Assembly (NCBI RefSeq): GCF_006345805.1
Contig: NC_043004.1
Span: forward strand, 16,616,001 to 16,680,000
DNA length: 64,000 nucleotides
Direction of reading: 5' to 3'
From: Octopus sinensis
Lineage: Eukaryota
Both the position numbers and the translations under genes were made by a program. This document shows positions 23,714 to 38,229 of this stretch, piece by piece. The stretch's first letter is position 1; every line of letters starts with the position of its first letter. Below the pieces are notes generated by a model that made no database searches, was not told the origin of the DNA, and was given only the letters and a program-made list of their open reading frames with translations.

Positions 23714-26700
23714 TGTTCAGTAAAATATCTGTAGTTGACTTTTGCCGACTTGAATGTATTTGTTTAATCATGTCGGTTGTTCTGTTGAGGAAATTAGTCG
23801 AAAATTGGACGAGTTGAGTGATTTGTCATTTGGACTCCATGTTAAAATTATCGTTTAATCGTTCATCAAAGTAATTTAAAAAAAAACAATACTGAGGGTA
23901 AAAAGCATCGTGTCAATTTAAACAGCTATAGAATAGGCAGCAGGCACATGGTATCTTGTAAGAGATGATATAGTATGTTGCCGTTACTGAATACAGAGAG
24001 AAGTAGTCGAAAATCGTCACAGTTATGCTTCAAAAGACCGCTAACATCGCCGTGACGAACGTCACCCTAGCTAGGACAGAAAATATTTATGACAGTGATG
24101 AAAAAACACCAGCTGCTATGCCATCATTGTTGCATACAGTATAACAAGCCCAATGGTATCTGCAATACCAACAACATCAGAAGCTCCTTTTATTAAGTTC
24201 ATTGTCCGTCGGAGAATTCATCAACGATATTTTTGCTATTGTTTGCGTTATGCATGCGATAACACCAAGAGTACAAACAATATAAATTTGTTATAAGGCC
24301 TTACAGCCAGCAATACGTGTAGGCCTACGAATAGTCCGAAACACTTATGTAAATAACATATGGTACTGCGCGACATAATTGCCACTTAATTTTATGTTGC
24401 TTCAATCTAATCAGCTAAAAATGAATACTAATTAGTCGTGGTGCAATCTATTCATCTTACAGCTGTCATCCTCAATTTCTGATCGGGTAAGGATGTCCAA
24501 GAGTTGCTCGCAACTACACATAGTTACCTAAAAGGATTAGTGAAGTTATGTTTCATGATACTGTATCATACTCTCTTTTGAATGGTGGTTATGATTCCCG
24601 GTTGATTTTTACGATTTCAGTTAAAGTTAAATGTATTCAAATTATGTACATGGATCTCTAAAACGAGTAGTAATATAATTTAGTATAATTAAATTCTTAT
24701 GTGCATATCGATTACGTACTAATGCACAATATCACATATTTATAATAAAGGTGATGATGAGTTTTGCCTCGTTTAGACAAGTAAAATTGGTGAAATGTAT
24801 TCACTTTAGCTAGAACAGAAATCGCAGATTTTTATAAAGTAATGCTTTTTTCTACAAGAACTAAAAGAAATATTGTATCAAAAATTGACGTCATCGAGTT
24901 TTGCAAGTACTATTTTCTTTTTATGTGCGGTTTGGATGAAGGAGAAATGCCAATAGTTTTTGCGGTGTCTCAATGAACTTAGATGTATTGCCCGGTAGAC
25001 AAATGACGTCACTGCTTTTTAATATCAATACGATTAATCTACTACTACTAGCAGGGATGGCATGAATAGGGACGAAATCCATAAAGCTACCTATATAACG
25101 TAGTTAATGCTGTTGGACACCACATGAGGGTTGGGCACGGCATGAGTAGAAGACATGGAGTATAGAGTAAGTTATTTTTTGTTATTGGCCAGCCTTACTT
25201 TCCGATATTTCAATCTATATCCACATTCAGCATATACTGAGCCAAAAAATTCCTGATAGATCTGTGCTATTTACTGATATTATTTTATACTAGATCTTAA
25301 AATCCCAGGAACTTTGACGGTGTTTTTTGTCCTTTCATTGACTGATAAAATATGTGTCAGTCAAGTACTAAGGCGGCCGACTAAACTGGCTTTAATCTCA
25401 CCCAATTCGTGGCCGTACCTATATCAGAGTAATTTTAATAAATCAGATTCTTACGTTGTATCAGGACTTGAAATTTGCGAGGAACTGTAAGTCGACTGAG
25501 TGGATCGGAGAACATTATTTATACTCATTTTCATAAATTTACAGGACAATGAAAATTCAATTCAACACAAGAGGAATTGAGAATAGATCATGCAGAAATG
25601 AATTTAATATTTCCTATCAGCATTTAATTCTGTTATCTAACATTTCTGCCGTTCAGCTCATCGGACTGAGAAAAATGTAGAGATATTTATAGCATTTTTG
25701 TTCCTAAATATATAATGCATTACTTAAATAAAAGAAACTGAAATTGTTTGCGGATGCATTCAGGCCTGACATTTAAGCCAGCGTTATGTTTAAATATTTT
25801 CAGACTCAATGGTCATAGGAAACTTTTACTCTTTCATAGTTAATATTTTAAATAAAGTCGTAGGATAAGTGCGAACGTTCTGTAAATCAAGTCTCATCTT
25901 TTTTATATATCAGTTGTATATAATTTTTTCAATAAAAAAAAACATATGGAAATATGCTATATTATATATTCTGCTTCTCAACGAATATCTTACTACGTTG
26001 TGATTTCTTTAATATAGGCATCATAGCATATCGTAAATACAAGAGCTAAGATTTTTAATATAGTTTTCTTTTGAATGCCTGATAAATCATGGAATTGATA
26101 TTCTTCATGTAGAACAGAATTCTCTTTTGTTACTTGCTTGGTATATCTTCTTCCCATTGAGTTTATGTTGTAATCTAAAGAATCTTCGTCAAGAAGAAAA
26201 GTAACAGTGACATTGATTCTTTATTGGATGATTTATTTTGCAATGTTGAGGAATGGAAATATAAAGATATTATGATACAGTATTTGTGATACGGTAACAT
26301 TTTCCTATATTACTGACATAAATCACTTCTCAGCATCCTGCATTAATTTGCGAAAATTCAAACATTTCTATCGATGTTAATATCTCTATCTGCGTCATAT
26401 ATCACTTTATTATGTAATTATAATATTCTGAATCGACCCTTTCTTATGATATTACCTACGATTGTGTTATTATATAAAGCTGATATTTGCATTTGATATT
26501 TGCATTATATCTGTACATAGAATACTTATCATTTATCATGTTCATGGGATTTTACAAATGGTTGAAACCACTCAAAAGAAAAAAAAGTATCCCATGAAGT
26601 GTTCATGGGATTTTTTCGTTTTAGTAATTTTCAGCAGAAGGTGAAATCCATTATATTTTCAATGCTTTCGTAGGATACTGTGTTTCTTTTAATATTTCTT

Positions 26701-27659
26701 TAATACAATGTATCTTGTAAGCAAAACCGACATAGCTCTTATATTACAGCCTGTCACATTTCTTCCAATTGACATGTTTATCAAATATATTTCTTTAACT
26801 TACTACTTTAGCAAGATTTCAATTTTTCATTTAATTTCTTCTGAGAGATTTCTATACATTTTATTCAATCTATTAGACTTTCTACTTTTCCTACCATTGA
26901 ATACCCTACATATTTATCATTATTTATCTTTATCCTGTTAGTAACCCCACCCTACCCCACTCGAATTGCGAACATTATTTAGAAGAATTTGAAAATTTTA
27001 AGCCCAAAGAAACAATGATAAGCAAAGAACATTGGTTGAATTTCTTGTAGACTTGATTTGATTTTGTATTTTATGTACAACATCCATACATTTACATTTA
27101 TTTCAAATTTTGGCCGATGTCGATTTTGCCTATCATTATTTCGGGATCGATAAAATAAGTTCGGTGTAAAAGACTTAAATTCCGCACCTCCAAAATTGTC
27201 GGCATTGTGCCAAAATTTGGAACCAATATATATTTCGTAGAGTCAGATAAACTGTAACAGATTTATATTTAAAAAGACAACCGTCACTCGCAAGCAAGCC
27301 TGACTTCATAGCATCTATCATGCTTTCGCAAATCGTTTTAGGTGGCTATGTATTTGCAAGCAGATATAGACACCCTCTTGGATCTCCCACTCATAAAACT
27401 AAAAATCTTCAACGTTATGACAACTTAAAGAAAAGAAAGCAACGCGTGCACTGGAGCTCATTTTCAGCTGAATAAGCTGGAAAGCTATCAAACCTAGTGC
27501 CATGTTAGAGGACACACTACCTTGTCCAGGCCAAAAATCACAACAGCAACCTTATATTTGCGCGCCCAGCAGTCTTTAAATTAATTATTCCCTTTTTCTT
27601 TCAATTCGGTTTTTGAAACTTTTGTTTTTTTATATTATTATCTCATTTAGAATTTATAT

Positions 27660-27849
27660 TGATTTCAAATTTTGGCACAGGGCCAGCAATTTTAGGTTGG
27701 GAATAAATCGTTTATGTCGACCCCAGTGTTCAACTGATACTTATTTTATCGACCCCGAAAGGATGAAAGACGGAATTTGAACGCAGAACGAGAAGACGGA
27801 CGAAATGCCACTAAGCATTTTGCCCGGCGTACTAACGATTCTGTCAGCT
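27660..27849 (-). mobile_element. SINE (ggcggcgagctggcag family)
   Basis: ttcaaattttggcac...atcgaccccgaaaggatgaaag...gaatttgaacgcagaacg...aacgattctgtcagct. Confidence 0.8.
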
Positions 27850-27999
27850 TTAATTTAAGCATCTTTATCATCATCATTAATGGTCATAATTTGAGCGAAT
27901 GCAGAAATAAGTGTTAAGGTATCGGATAAAAATGCTTTGTAGCATTCTTATCGGTATTTTATTTTCTAAGTTAAAAGTCCGCCAGCCCCACCTTTTCTT

Positions 28000-30230
28000 T
28001 CATTTTTTTCTCTTGCTGCTTATCAAAAGCTCCTTTTCTATCTATTCTTTTGAAATGCAATCTGTCAACGTATATCTGTGGGTGTAAAGCAGATTGACAA
28101 GTTCCATATTTTTCCAGCTTCTTTCTCAATATCTATCTTTATGCCTTTGACTATTCAGGCACTGTGCCCGATGGTGATTGTAGTAGTAGTAGCGTTTATA
28201 CCACTGAGTTGAGTTTTTAATATTTTCATTTCCCTTCGAAAATATTTTTTCTGGCTTTGTCTTTCACTGTTCTTCCCTTTATAGAATCAGCTTCCAAGAC
28301 TCACTGTAATTTATACCAATGATTTGATTCAGTCTTTTGTATCTTATCTTTGTTTATTCCGTAAATGTTATATTTCCATTTCTTCATCATAAATATTGTA
28401 CATCTGGAAAAACCAAATTCTACTCTATTGTCACAAATAATTAGTCACTGTATTGTCAGGGTTGTATAGTTCGCTCTCAGTCTCGACATATAGCTCTAGT
28501 CCATCCACGAATAACAAATGGTTAACTAACCCCGGTCATTTTCTTAGTTACATCCAGCTTTCCAATTTTACTTCTAGGGAGGCTGAGATAGCCAAAATAA
28601 AGAGTAAAGATGTCAAACTAGCAACTTGGAAGGTACCCGATTACATTTTACTGTTCAAAGAGGCTATACTGCTGCTAATAGATTGTTATTAGAACTCTTA
28701 TCTATGTTGATTGTCTTCAGTTTCCAACATAGAAGAAACGTGTTGTATGCTTTATTTTTGGAGGCGATCTATCTCATGTCAACATTAATGCGTCTTGCTG
28801 TATCTTATAATCATTTTGACAATTATTAGCTGGTTTTTTCTCCTTTATTTTCTCTAATAGTGTTTGTAGCTGTTAGGCAGGTGGTTGTGTTCCTCTAAAA
28901 GTACATAGACATTATTTACGCCAATTTTTTTTCAGGCCCCATAATAGTGGAAAGTAAGTTATAGATCTGTAGTTTCAGATAGTAACATCTTTGAACTAGC
29001 TTTTTCATAAGGACTTTCTTACCCATAATTATCTAACTTGAAATATTTCCACTCTGGAGACATTTATATAATAATTTAATCAGTACTTGCCTGCTTGTAT
29101 TGATCTTGTTCAGCCTGAAACATTCTCGTCTGTCTAAAACTAGAACATTTTTTTAGAGTAACAAAATAGAGGAAGAAATGCATCACTAAATAGTGGCGAC
29201 GGTAGAAGAAGTAGATAACTTTCTCCTTTTCTCAAGTTCTTCACCGTTATGGCTTTCCACTTCCTCCAATTTTCAAACAGTATCTCCTGATTACTTTGAA
29301 ACTACCTGCTTTACTGAAGCTGGTCTATTCTATTCTCATATAGCTTTATCTTAGCTACTTTTTTTTTGCCTCTCTTTGCATCAGTTCTTCCATTACGACA
29401 TTTACTTTTCTCACATTATATTTTCGTTATAGTGTTTTAATAATTATTTCCTTAGTTCATTTTCTTCAAGGAGCTATCATTGACTCACCTCTTCTCTCAT
29501 GTTTCTCTCCGTTTTTTTTTTCCACCAAGTTATTTGACTGTTCGTTCTCACTTTACCTGTCTTGTAGCCGACCTTTTTTAGAACTGTTCCTGCTGTAGCC
29601 TCGTCTAGATATTTATGGCCGGGAAGAAGTAAGTCACGCATATCTTATAATATTGTCAGGTTTTTTCGTTTCTTTTTTGTAGAGTCCCTGTCATTCTCTT
29701 TAAGCTTCGAAGGCTTTTGATTATAATTTTTTTCAAGTTGCTCTAATATCTTGCCCATTAATTCTATTTCCTTGTCACTTCACCTATGATGTCACATTCC
29801 CAACTTCCTTTTTCTTCTATCCAACTCGACACTTTCTTTCACTAACTACTGTATCACTTTCTCTGTATATATTGTTTTCTTTCCTCCCATTATCCTCATC
29901 TTTACCGTTGTCCTCTTTGGACTTTTAATTTCCTCTTTAATTTCTCCTAACTCCAGGTGCAATACATAGATATCTCGTATTAAATTGCTAACATTCTATG
30001 TATATACCCTATTTTGTTAGATTCGCTCATAAACTTTCATTACTACATTTACTTCTTTCGCCTAAGTAGTTTTAACTGGTTTCTCTCTTTTTTTTCTCGA
30101 TCATTAACACACTGCACTAGTGTAGTCGTTAGATATTTCCTTTTGCATAAACTAGGGAACTCGTAATAACAGGGTGATGACCGACAGGGACTTGCCCTGA
30201 ACTATTTACGTGGCGACAGGCACGTGATTC
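28000..30230 (-). pseudogene. Possible very old LINE 5' region (tentative)
   Basis: Purine-rich minus strand; the fragment SGTFQVASLT near 28630 resembles the APE N-terminal GTxNVxxL motif; no intact ORF. Confidence 0.22.
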
Positions 30231-33200
30231 AAAAGGATTTAATTGTCGTTCGGGGTTATTGGTAATCTCATTATCTGGAATCTCCATTCATAATGAGGTT
30301 AATGTTTTAATATTACACAGTCACCACTATTTTATCGAGACACCAATTCTATGAGGATTGCCAACCAATGTCAATGACTACCTTCTCATGTAACACACTT
30401 AAATCCTACATCATGGTACAAATTTTGTAGTCGTGAGGTAAATTTTACAGTGGAACTACCTTATTATTATTATTGAAACATCATCTCATTGCATGGACGA
30501 TGGTATCGAATTACGATGGAAATAACAATTCGAAAAAATACTACAATTTCGGGACCGTTTACTCTCAGTCAATATGGGAGAAAATATAACATCTGCTACA
30601 CTTTTTAGCCTATAAATTGACTTTCGTAAATATATATCTATATATATGAGATGGATTATAGATTGTCCATATATTTACTATTGATCGCTATGCTTGTAAC
30701 CATCATGTTTTAGAGTATGTATACTGATAAACAATTAAGCATCTTGTAAATCTGGTGATTTCTGGTATTTAACAGGAAGGATGGTGAAAAACTGTTTCGC
30801 TTCCAGCTGCCGTTGAAATATTGATTCTGGTTTGCTGCCTACCGTGTATCACATTCCCCTATATTTATAATAGTGTTAGCATTGTGTCGTTGGTGTTGTT
30901 ATTCAGCCCTCTGATAATTATTATTAAGAGCTTTCCAACTGTCACTTTTTATAATCTTTTCTTAAAATCAGATAGATAATTTGAGAAAATCTTAGCAGCT
31001 GTCACTAAGGGAACCTTCAACAAAATAGTGACATTCTTGTTGATTTTTAATTTCTGTTGGTTAGCACATAGTCGACCAGAGTTATAATATCTTGTATTTC
31101 AATATTGTTTTCTAACCATCAATGACAGTTTCTTCTGATAGATTTCTGTATAGCAACAACTCTGTTACGTTATTTTGCCCTTACCTATCTGAATGCTGAC
31201 GCTTAGATATTCCTACCGTTTGAACTAGCGAAACGCCAGCCTTAACATTTATAGAAATAGGTCGGTATTCTTTTGTACTTATTATCAATATTGTGTTTTA
31301 TTGTTTGGTTTTTTATTTTTGTTTTTTGTTGTTGTTGTTTTTTGGCTTGAAATATTGTTTTATTCTGTGCATCAATCTATCAAAGAAATATTTATTTTTT
31401 CCTCTTCCCTTCCATGCAGCTGGAAAATAGGTTAATGAGAATTGGAATTAAATTCTCTAGAATGTTCTTTTCATCGAGGATTGTGTATTTTAATCAATCT
31501 GCACCCAATGGTTATAATCTTTATTTGTTCTGCTTCATTGGTATTCTTACTTCTAATGAAATTTTAAATGAAATGATGCAGTAACTCATTTCATTTAATG
31601 TAAGATGAGTTAGCTACTTCTTTTTATAGTTTTAATTTGCATTTTGTGTTTCGTTTTTATTTTTATTCTATTTTTTTGTTTGTTAATCTTCTCTTATATA
31701 TTATACGTCAGATGCTTTTGTGGGTTGCTCCTGAGCTTGTTCGATTCCCAATCAAACATATATCTAGATTGCTCTTACATATGTAGATGATTTAGTAAAT
31801 GTCTTTGTGCGTATCTCTGTGTACGTGTCTGTGTGTGTGCGAGCGCGCATTATGGGTGTGTAGGCGTGTGTGTGTCTGTGTGTGTTTGACTAATAATAAC
31901 TGGTAATCATTTTCACAGTAGAATCCAATTCGTTTCCTTATTACAGTGTAATACACTCAGTCGGTATGTATAAAAAGATTGCAATCAAGAGATTGCATCA
32001 TCGGTTTAGGACTGTGAGAATTCTGCAGAGATTTAAGCAGTAGTTAGACAGTAAGTTTGTGTAACATCTTAGCTACTGCTACTAATGTTGCTACTGATGC
32101 AACTAATCTCGCTACTACTGCCACTGTTTCTATTAGACTCTAGAACTTCATTTAATAACAAATTCAATTAATATGTTATAGATTAAACACAAAAAATAGC
32201 TTGACAGTGACTACAACTTCCTCGCGCGCTCACACACAGGCAAGGACTGTGTGTGTAGGTTTTCCTGTGTCTGTGACTTTCTATACATATAAATACACAT
32301 CTTTTGAAACTTTACAACCAAGGAGACAGAAAAACAGATCTTGAGACTAATCTTTAAACAAAGAAAAAACTGCAACGGTTTGATATCGTCCCTGAGTACT
32401 TAACTAACACAAGTATTCATTTAACGATTCTTCAAAAACTAAACCAGCTAAATAATAAATGATTTAAACCATAGTGATCATTCATCATATGACCAAAGAG
32501 GCCACCTCCACTCCAAATAAACACCAAAAACTACAGCAATGCAGTCGTCTACTATGTAAAATTTCAATGACTATTAATTGTATTGTGTAGCTTTGATCTT
32601 TATTTCTGAGTTAACCATGCAGAGACTTCTAATAGTATGAAATTGGTAGACTTGGTGAGCAGCCAGCAGTATAAATATACTTTTGTTTTTTTGTGGTGTT
32701 AATCAACAATTTTGCGTTTGGTTGAAAATTTGAATTTATCACTAACCTTTGTTCCTTTTTATGTCTGTAACTTATATTCAGACATGTTTACTTTGAATTA
32801 GCAGGAGGATATTCCAGTCTTAATCTATTTATAATGATAGGTACTTTGGTAATTTTGTCAGAATTTCTTCCCTTTAATGATCAAATATGAAAGGATTTTC
32901 ATATATTTCGATGTAATTATAAAATAGTAGATATGACTAACAAAATTCAAAGTATCTACTTACGTCAGAATTCTGTAAATTATATAATAAAGTTCATAAG
33001 TTCGCATTCCAGACAATGATACGAGGAAGTCTCTGTTTTCACTAGGCTTTCTAAAGATATCTACCAACTGACAATTACCCTTTAAATCACTCATATTTGG
33101 CTTATAGACAGAATATGCACATGTGGGGATTAAATTTATTATGCAGTAAGGAAACGTAACCTAGAAGGTAACGGCATTATAACAATACTCATGATCAAAG

Positions 33201-33989
33201 CTAAAACAGATTTACATCACAAATGCACGATAACATAAGGTTGGATGGTATTTTTAAAATCACATTTTGATTTGTTCAACTACACCATTCAAGACGGTAT
33301 CCCAACATACCTGCAGTTCAAGAATAAGATAAATACACACGTGGATATATGTCTGCATGTATATATGTATGTAGCTATCTATTTGTGTGTTTATGTATGT
33401 GTGTGTTAGTATGCATAATATTCCACCAGTAATGTCCATATGATGTTGGAATCAAATTTAAAATTCACCCAATGCTTGGAACCGGTGCCAAATCACACTC
33501 GTTTAACAGAAAAACACAAAGACAGAATTATTTCACCTCAACTGGCCCTCCTCCTCTCTTTAACAGCATGCCAAGATGCATGAGTGAAAAGAAGTTCTAA
33601 TAATATTCAAATAGTTCCTGGATGAATACCCTCAAGAAATTCCCGTTTAAAACCCCTAAACGCGGATTTATCTCTGTGAACAATACCTCTTTACTCGAAT
33701 GACCTATAATATGAAACGTTATTTAAATGCCTTCTCCAAATGTTGGTATTCACTTACTGGGAGCCAGCGCCAATTCTAGTCAAAACCTATCTAAGTAAGT
33801 ATATGTCGGTGTGTGTGTGTGTGTGAGAGAGAGTGTGTGTGAGTATCGCCGATCTATGTATCTGAATAGTTCAAGGAAACAGGTAGCAACCCGTTTGCGA
33901 TTTATTTGTATCTCAGGAGATTTAATTTAGTAGGCAATGATGTATGTTCATCTGTAAAGTTTGCCATCTTTTTCTACAACTTATTGAAC

Positions 33990-34024
33990 TCACTCTTACT
34001 AACTTTCTTTACCAGCTCTTTACG

Positions 34025-34072
<48 letters not shown>

Positions 34073-34282
34073 CCCAAAGTGAAAGTATACACATATACAT
34101 GCAAACACACACACACATATATTTATATATACATATATATATACATACATATATATATATATAATATAATATAATATAATATAATGTAATATATATATGT
34201 ATTTATATATATATAAATATTATATATATATATATATATATAATATATATAATATGATATAATATATATATATACATACATA

Positions 34283-34341
<59 letters not shown>

Positions 34342-34345
34342 GCGT
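33990..34345. repeat. (TA)n-rich microsatellite block
   Basis: Read directly from the sequence. Confidence 0.9.
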
Positions 34346-34723
34346 GATTGCATGTGTGCGCGTGAAATTTCGTCTATAATTCATTGCCTTTAATAAGTCT
34401 TACTGTTTTGTATGGATGTCATTACCGTATTTATTTCTATTTTATGTAAAATGTTTATAAGTGTATGTCTGTGTTTGTGTGTGTGTGTGTGCGTAGGCGC
34501 GTATATGTAGTATGTTGCTTTGTGTGTGTATGTGTCTGTGTGTTAGTGCTGCGTGCAAGAGAATCTCTATGTGCATGCGTGTGAATTTGTTTCACGTTTC
34601 ATATTCGTATACTATCTTGTAATATATGTATGTGTTTCTACGTAATTGTACGTGTACATGTCTATGTGTATATAAGTCTGTGTAGTGGGAATGCCTGTCT
34701 GTATGTTTGTTTGTATATGTGTT

Positions 34724-34782
<59 letters not shown>

Positions 34783-35710
34783 GCCCACTATTAACGTGAT
34801 TGTGAGACGTAGTCATATATCTTCATTACAGCAAATTGTTAAACTGCCAATGCACAGAGATAATGTAAAAACCATATATAATCCCTGATTATTTGCTGCA
34901 ATAACTCCTTCCATCAATAACATCTTCTCTTGGGACAATAAAAGTATGAGAAATTTGTAGAATACCCCAGCTGCGCAGTTGTCCAGACATCGTTGCTATC
35001 AGAAATCAATACTGATTAAACATTTGATTTACCAAATCAATCAAAATAAACTTGCTTTCGAAAAACCTTATATGGAATCACCTATCTCTATATTTGTCTG
35101 CGTATCTACTAAAATCATTGAGAAAACATACGCAATTGTTTGCTTTGATATTTAGATATTACATTCGCTCTGTTATCCACTAGATATATACCAAAGTAAT
35201 ATACATTTGATTTTTTTTTTTTAGAATATTATGTTACTAATGATGTTTCCAAGATAGATAGAAGACTGGAAATTCGAACGAGAGAATTGATTGCATCAAC
35301 TCCAGCGATTCACTGGTTCTTTAATTTATATTCTATTCACACCGAAACGGGTATATGATAATTTCATATCAGTGGAATTCGAACTCAATACGTGACGAAC
35401 CAGAAGATCTCATTTAATCCGACTTTCTAGTAATTCTGCTTTTCTTCACTCAAATAATACTAACAATGGTTGAAAATTTTTGGCAGAAGTTCGGTAATAA
35501 TAGGTGTGGGGGTCATTCGATTACATCGATTGCAAAGTTAAAAGCAAAGTGGACCTCAGCAGAATTTGCAATCAGAAGGTAAACGGACGGAAGAAATTAC
35601 GCTTAGCCTTTTTGTCCGACATGCTTACGACTCTGCTATCTTTCAAACTTCTTAATAATAATAATAATAATAAGAAGAAGAAGAAGAAGAAGAAGAACAA
35701 CAACAACAAC

Positions 35711-35770
<60 letters not shown>

Positions 35771-35774
<4 letters not shown>

Positions 35775-36085
35775 TTGAAACAGGAAGAATTTGGTACCGT
35801 AACATTTGAAGTAGGAAGAATTTGAAGCATGCGAACTGTAAAATTCGTGCCTATAATAATTGGTACATTGGGAATAGTACGCCAAAATGTCTGAAGAAAA
35901 TTAAAGTAGACTCCCCGGTAGAGCTCCTAGAGAAAGTTTGCCTCTTGGGGACAGCAAGTATTATCAGGAGGTTTCTAAGCACTTGAAAGACTGCAGAAAA
36001 CTTGTAAATACCTAAGGTTACAGATAGTAACCCACTATCCACGTAATTCCTGCCTAGAAAAAGACCGAACCTGAGTCAAACTAAA
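35771..36085 (+). mobile_element. 3' fragment of a Dong/R4-clade LINE (lineage 1)
   Basis: Translates to ...VPIIIGTLGIV...LLEKVCLLGTASIIRRFLST*, a typical RLE-LINE C-terminus; (TAA)n on both sides. Confidence 0.75.
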
Positions 36086-36289
36086 TAATAATAAGTGGCA
36101 ATTGGAGCACTAAAAAACAAGTTCACGAGTGTAGTTGTAGCGGCGGATCACTGACCATCAGCTTCGAGAAATCGAAAATGAAATGAGAGCTGTCGACAGC
36201 TAGGATGTAGAAATTAGTACTTGGACGTTAAGAATCTTCCATGATAATTATCAATCAAGTATCAAAGCTTATAATGTGGGGAAACATAC

Positions 36290-36395
36290 CATATGAGACC
36301 GCTAGCAACAGGTTACTGTCCGCTCTCACAGAATCAACCAGAGCGAAAAAGACCGAGAGCTCTGAGAGGTAAAACAACAACAACAACAATACCAA
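36290..36395 (+). mobile_element. Short 3'-UTR-like retroelement fragment with (CAA)n tail
   Basis: 'ggttactgtccgctctcacagaatc...gagaggtaaaacaacaacaac' resembles the 3' UTR layout at 36020-36085. Confidence 0.4.
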
Positions 36396-36428
<33 letters not shown>

Positions 36429-36449
36429 CACTACTACTACTACTACTAC

Positions 36450-36490
<41 letters not shown>

Positions 36491-36495
<5 letters not shown>

Positions 36496-37039
36496 AAGAT
36501 GGTATAGGCACACACCAGAAAAAAAGATGGTATAGGCACACACCAGAAAAGGTCACAGAAAACGAGAAAGCAGCCATACTCTGGGATATGCCGATACACA
36601 CAGATAGAGAAATTAAGGCCAACAGACCAGATATAGTTGTCAGAGATCATGAAGAACAAAAATGCTTTCTAAATGATGTATCAATACCGGCAGATGACAA
36701 CGTGTCTCTAAAAGAAATGGAGAAACTTTCAAAATACAAAGACCTGGAAATGGAGGTAACCAGAATGTGGAATCTAATAACAGAAACAATTCCTATCATA
36801 GTAGGTGCATTAGGCATGATAAAAAAATATTCAGACAAATACATAACAAAAACACCAGGACTTACAAACACATATAACATACAGAAAATTGCACTACTAG
36901 GCACTGCACACATCATACGCAGAACACTTTCCATACAATAACCATCAGAGCATCACAACAAATCACAGCACATACCCAAGGCACACAGAGCTGCGCTCGG
37001 TAGTAAAGTGAAAGCACGCTATAAAAAATAAAACTACTA

Positions 37040-37040
<1 letters not shown>
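36491..37040 (+). mobile_element. 3' fragment of a Dong/R4-clade LINE (lineage 2), RLE endonuclease domain
   Basis: ORF 36588-36941 has ANRPDIVV...DVSIP..KEMEKLSKYKDL (PD-(D/E)xK) and LLGTAHIIRRTLS; 3' UTR; (TAA)n on both sides; 28-bp duplication at the 5' junction. Confidence 0.9.
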
Positions 37041-37106
<66 letters not shown>

Positions 37107-37109
37107 TAG

Positions 37110-37414
37110 GAATTCTTTGGGGTTTTGATAATTCACCTCTAGAAACATGGGTGTTCCATTCAACATTCTTAAGCAACCCTTATTCAGAGACATTTATGAG
37201 GGATGTCTACTCAATCGGAAGGAAATTCTAAAAGGGCCTCCACTTGCAAGATCATACTCTGTTTATCGTCATATGAGATGACCATTTCGCACATATATGG
37301 TTGAGGTACAAGTGCCTGGTATACCCTCATCAGATGGGTAGTCATGATGGGTATACTGAGTTTCGTATATTTTACCCTAGTGTCACTTTGATGGCATGCA
37401 CTTCTTTCTCACTC

Positions 37415-37415
<1 letters not shown>
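37110..37415 (+). mobile_element. 5'-truncated copy of a non-coding (TAA)n-tailed repeat
   Basis: Shares 'aattcacctct(a/g)gaaacatgggtgtt' and the 3' end 'tgtcactttgatggcatgca...cact(c/g)aataataat' with 37548-38086. Confidence 0.75.
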
Positions 37416-37482
<67 letters not shown>

Positions 37483-37547
37483 GAATAATCATGATGATGA
37501 AAATTATAATAACAACAGCAACAATAGCAATAATAATAATGATAATA

Positions 37548-38086
37548 ATAAATGCCCTGATGCTGTATAAAGCACTGGTCTCATGGCTTCTCATCTTAAC
37601 TGATTGGAAGTGTTAACACTTACATATTTTGCCTTGGTATAAAAGATGGACTACAGAAAATATTCTGCTCAGTACCACAGATTTGCTTGTCAGTTGTTAG
37701 ACTTTCACCAGTTGAGCATGTCCCTTGGTGGCTGACGAGCTGATGTAATCAGGAAGCATCAGAACCATATGTTTAGAGGAATTTTGGAGGGTTTGAATAA
37801 TTCACCTCTGGAAACATGGGTGTTTCGTTTAACATCCTTAAACAACTCATATTCAGGTACCTTATGATCAGCATGTCTGCTCGACCCAACGAAAATTGTA
37901 TCGCGGTACGACCTGCAAGTCTATGCGCTGTTCATCTTGATATGAGATCACCATGTCGCGCACATATGGTTGTGATGCATGTGTCTGTTGTACCCTTACC
38001 ATACTGGTAGTCATAATGAGCACGTTGGACTTCGTATATTTGTACCCCATTGTCACTTTGATGGCATGCATTGCTCTGTCACTGAA
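37548..38086 (+). mobile_element. Longer copy of the non-coding (TAA)n-tailed repeat (starts aaatgccctgatg)
   Basis: Homologous to 37110-37415; embedded in (TAA)n; no meaningful ORF. Confidence 0.75.
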
Positions 38087-38137
38087 TAATAATAACAACA
38101 ATAATAATAATAGCAGTAATACTACTACTACTACTAC

Positions 38138-38174
<37 letters not shown>

Positions 38175-38183
38175 TAATAATAA

Positions 38184-38214
<31 letters not shown>

Positions 38215-38229
38215 AACAATTACAATAAT

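Noticed and set aside
31190-31245. 'gctgacg...gaactagcgaaacgccagc' as a possible HHR
   Set aside because: The core after CTGACG is broken (no GA) and stem II does not pair; at most a very old remnant.
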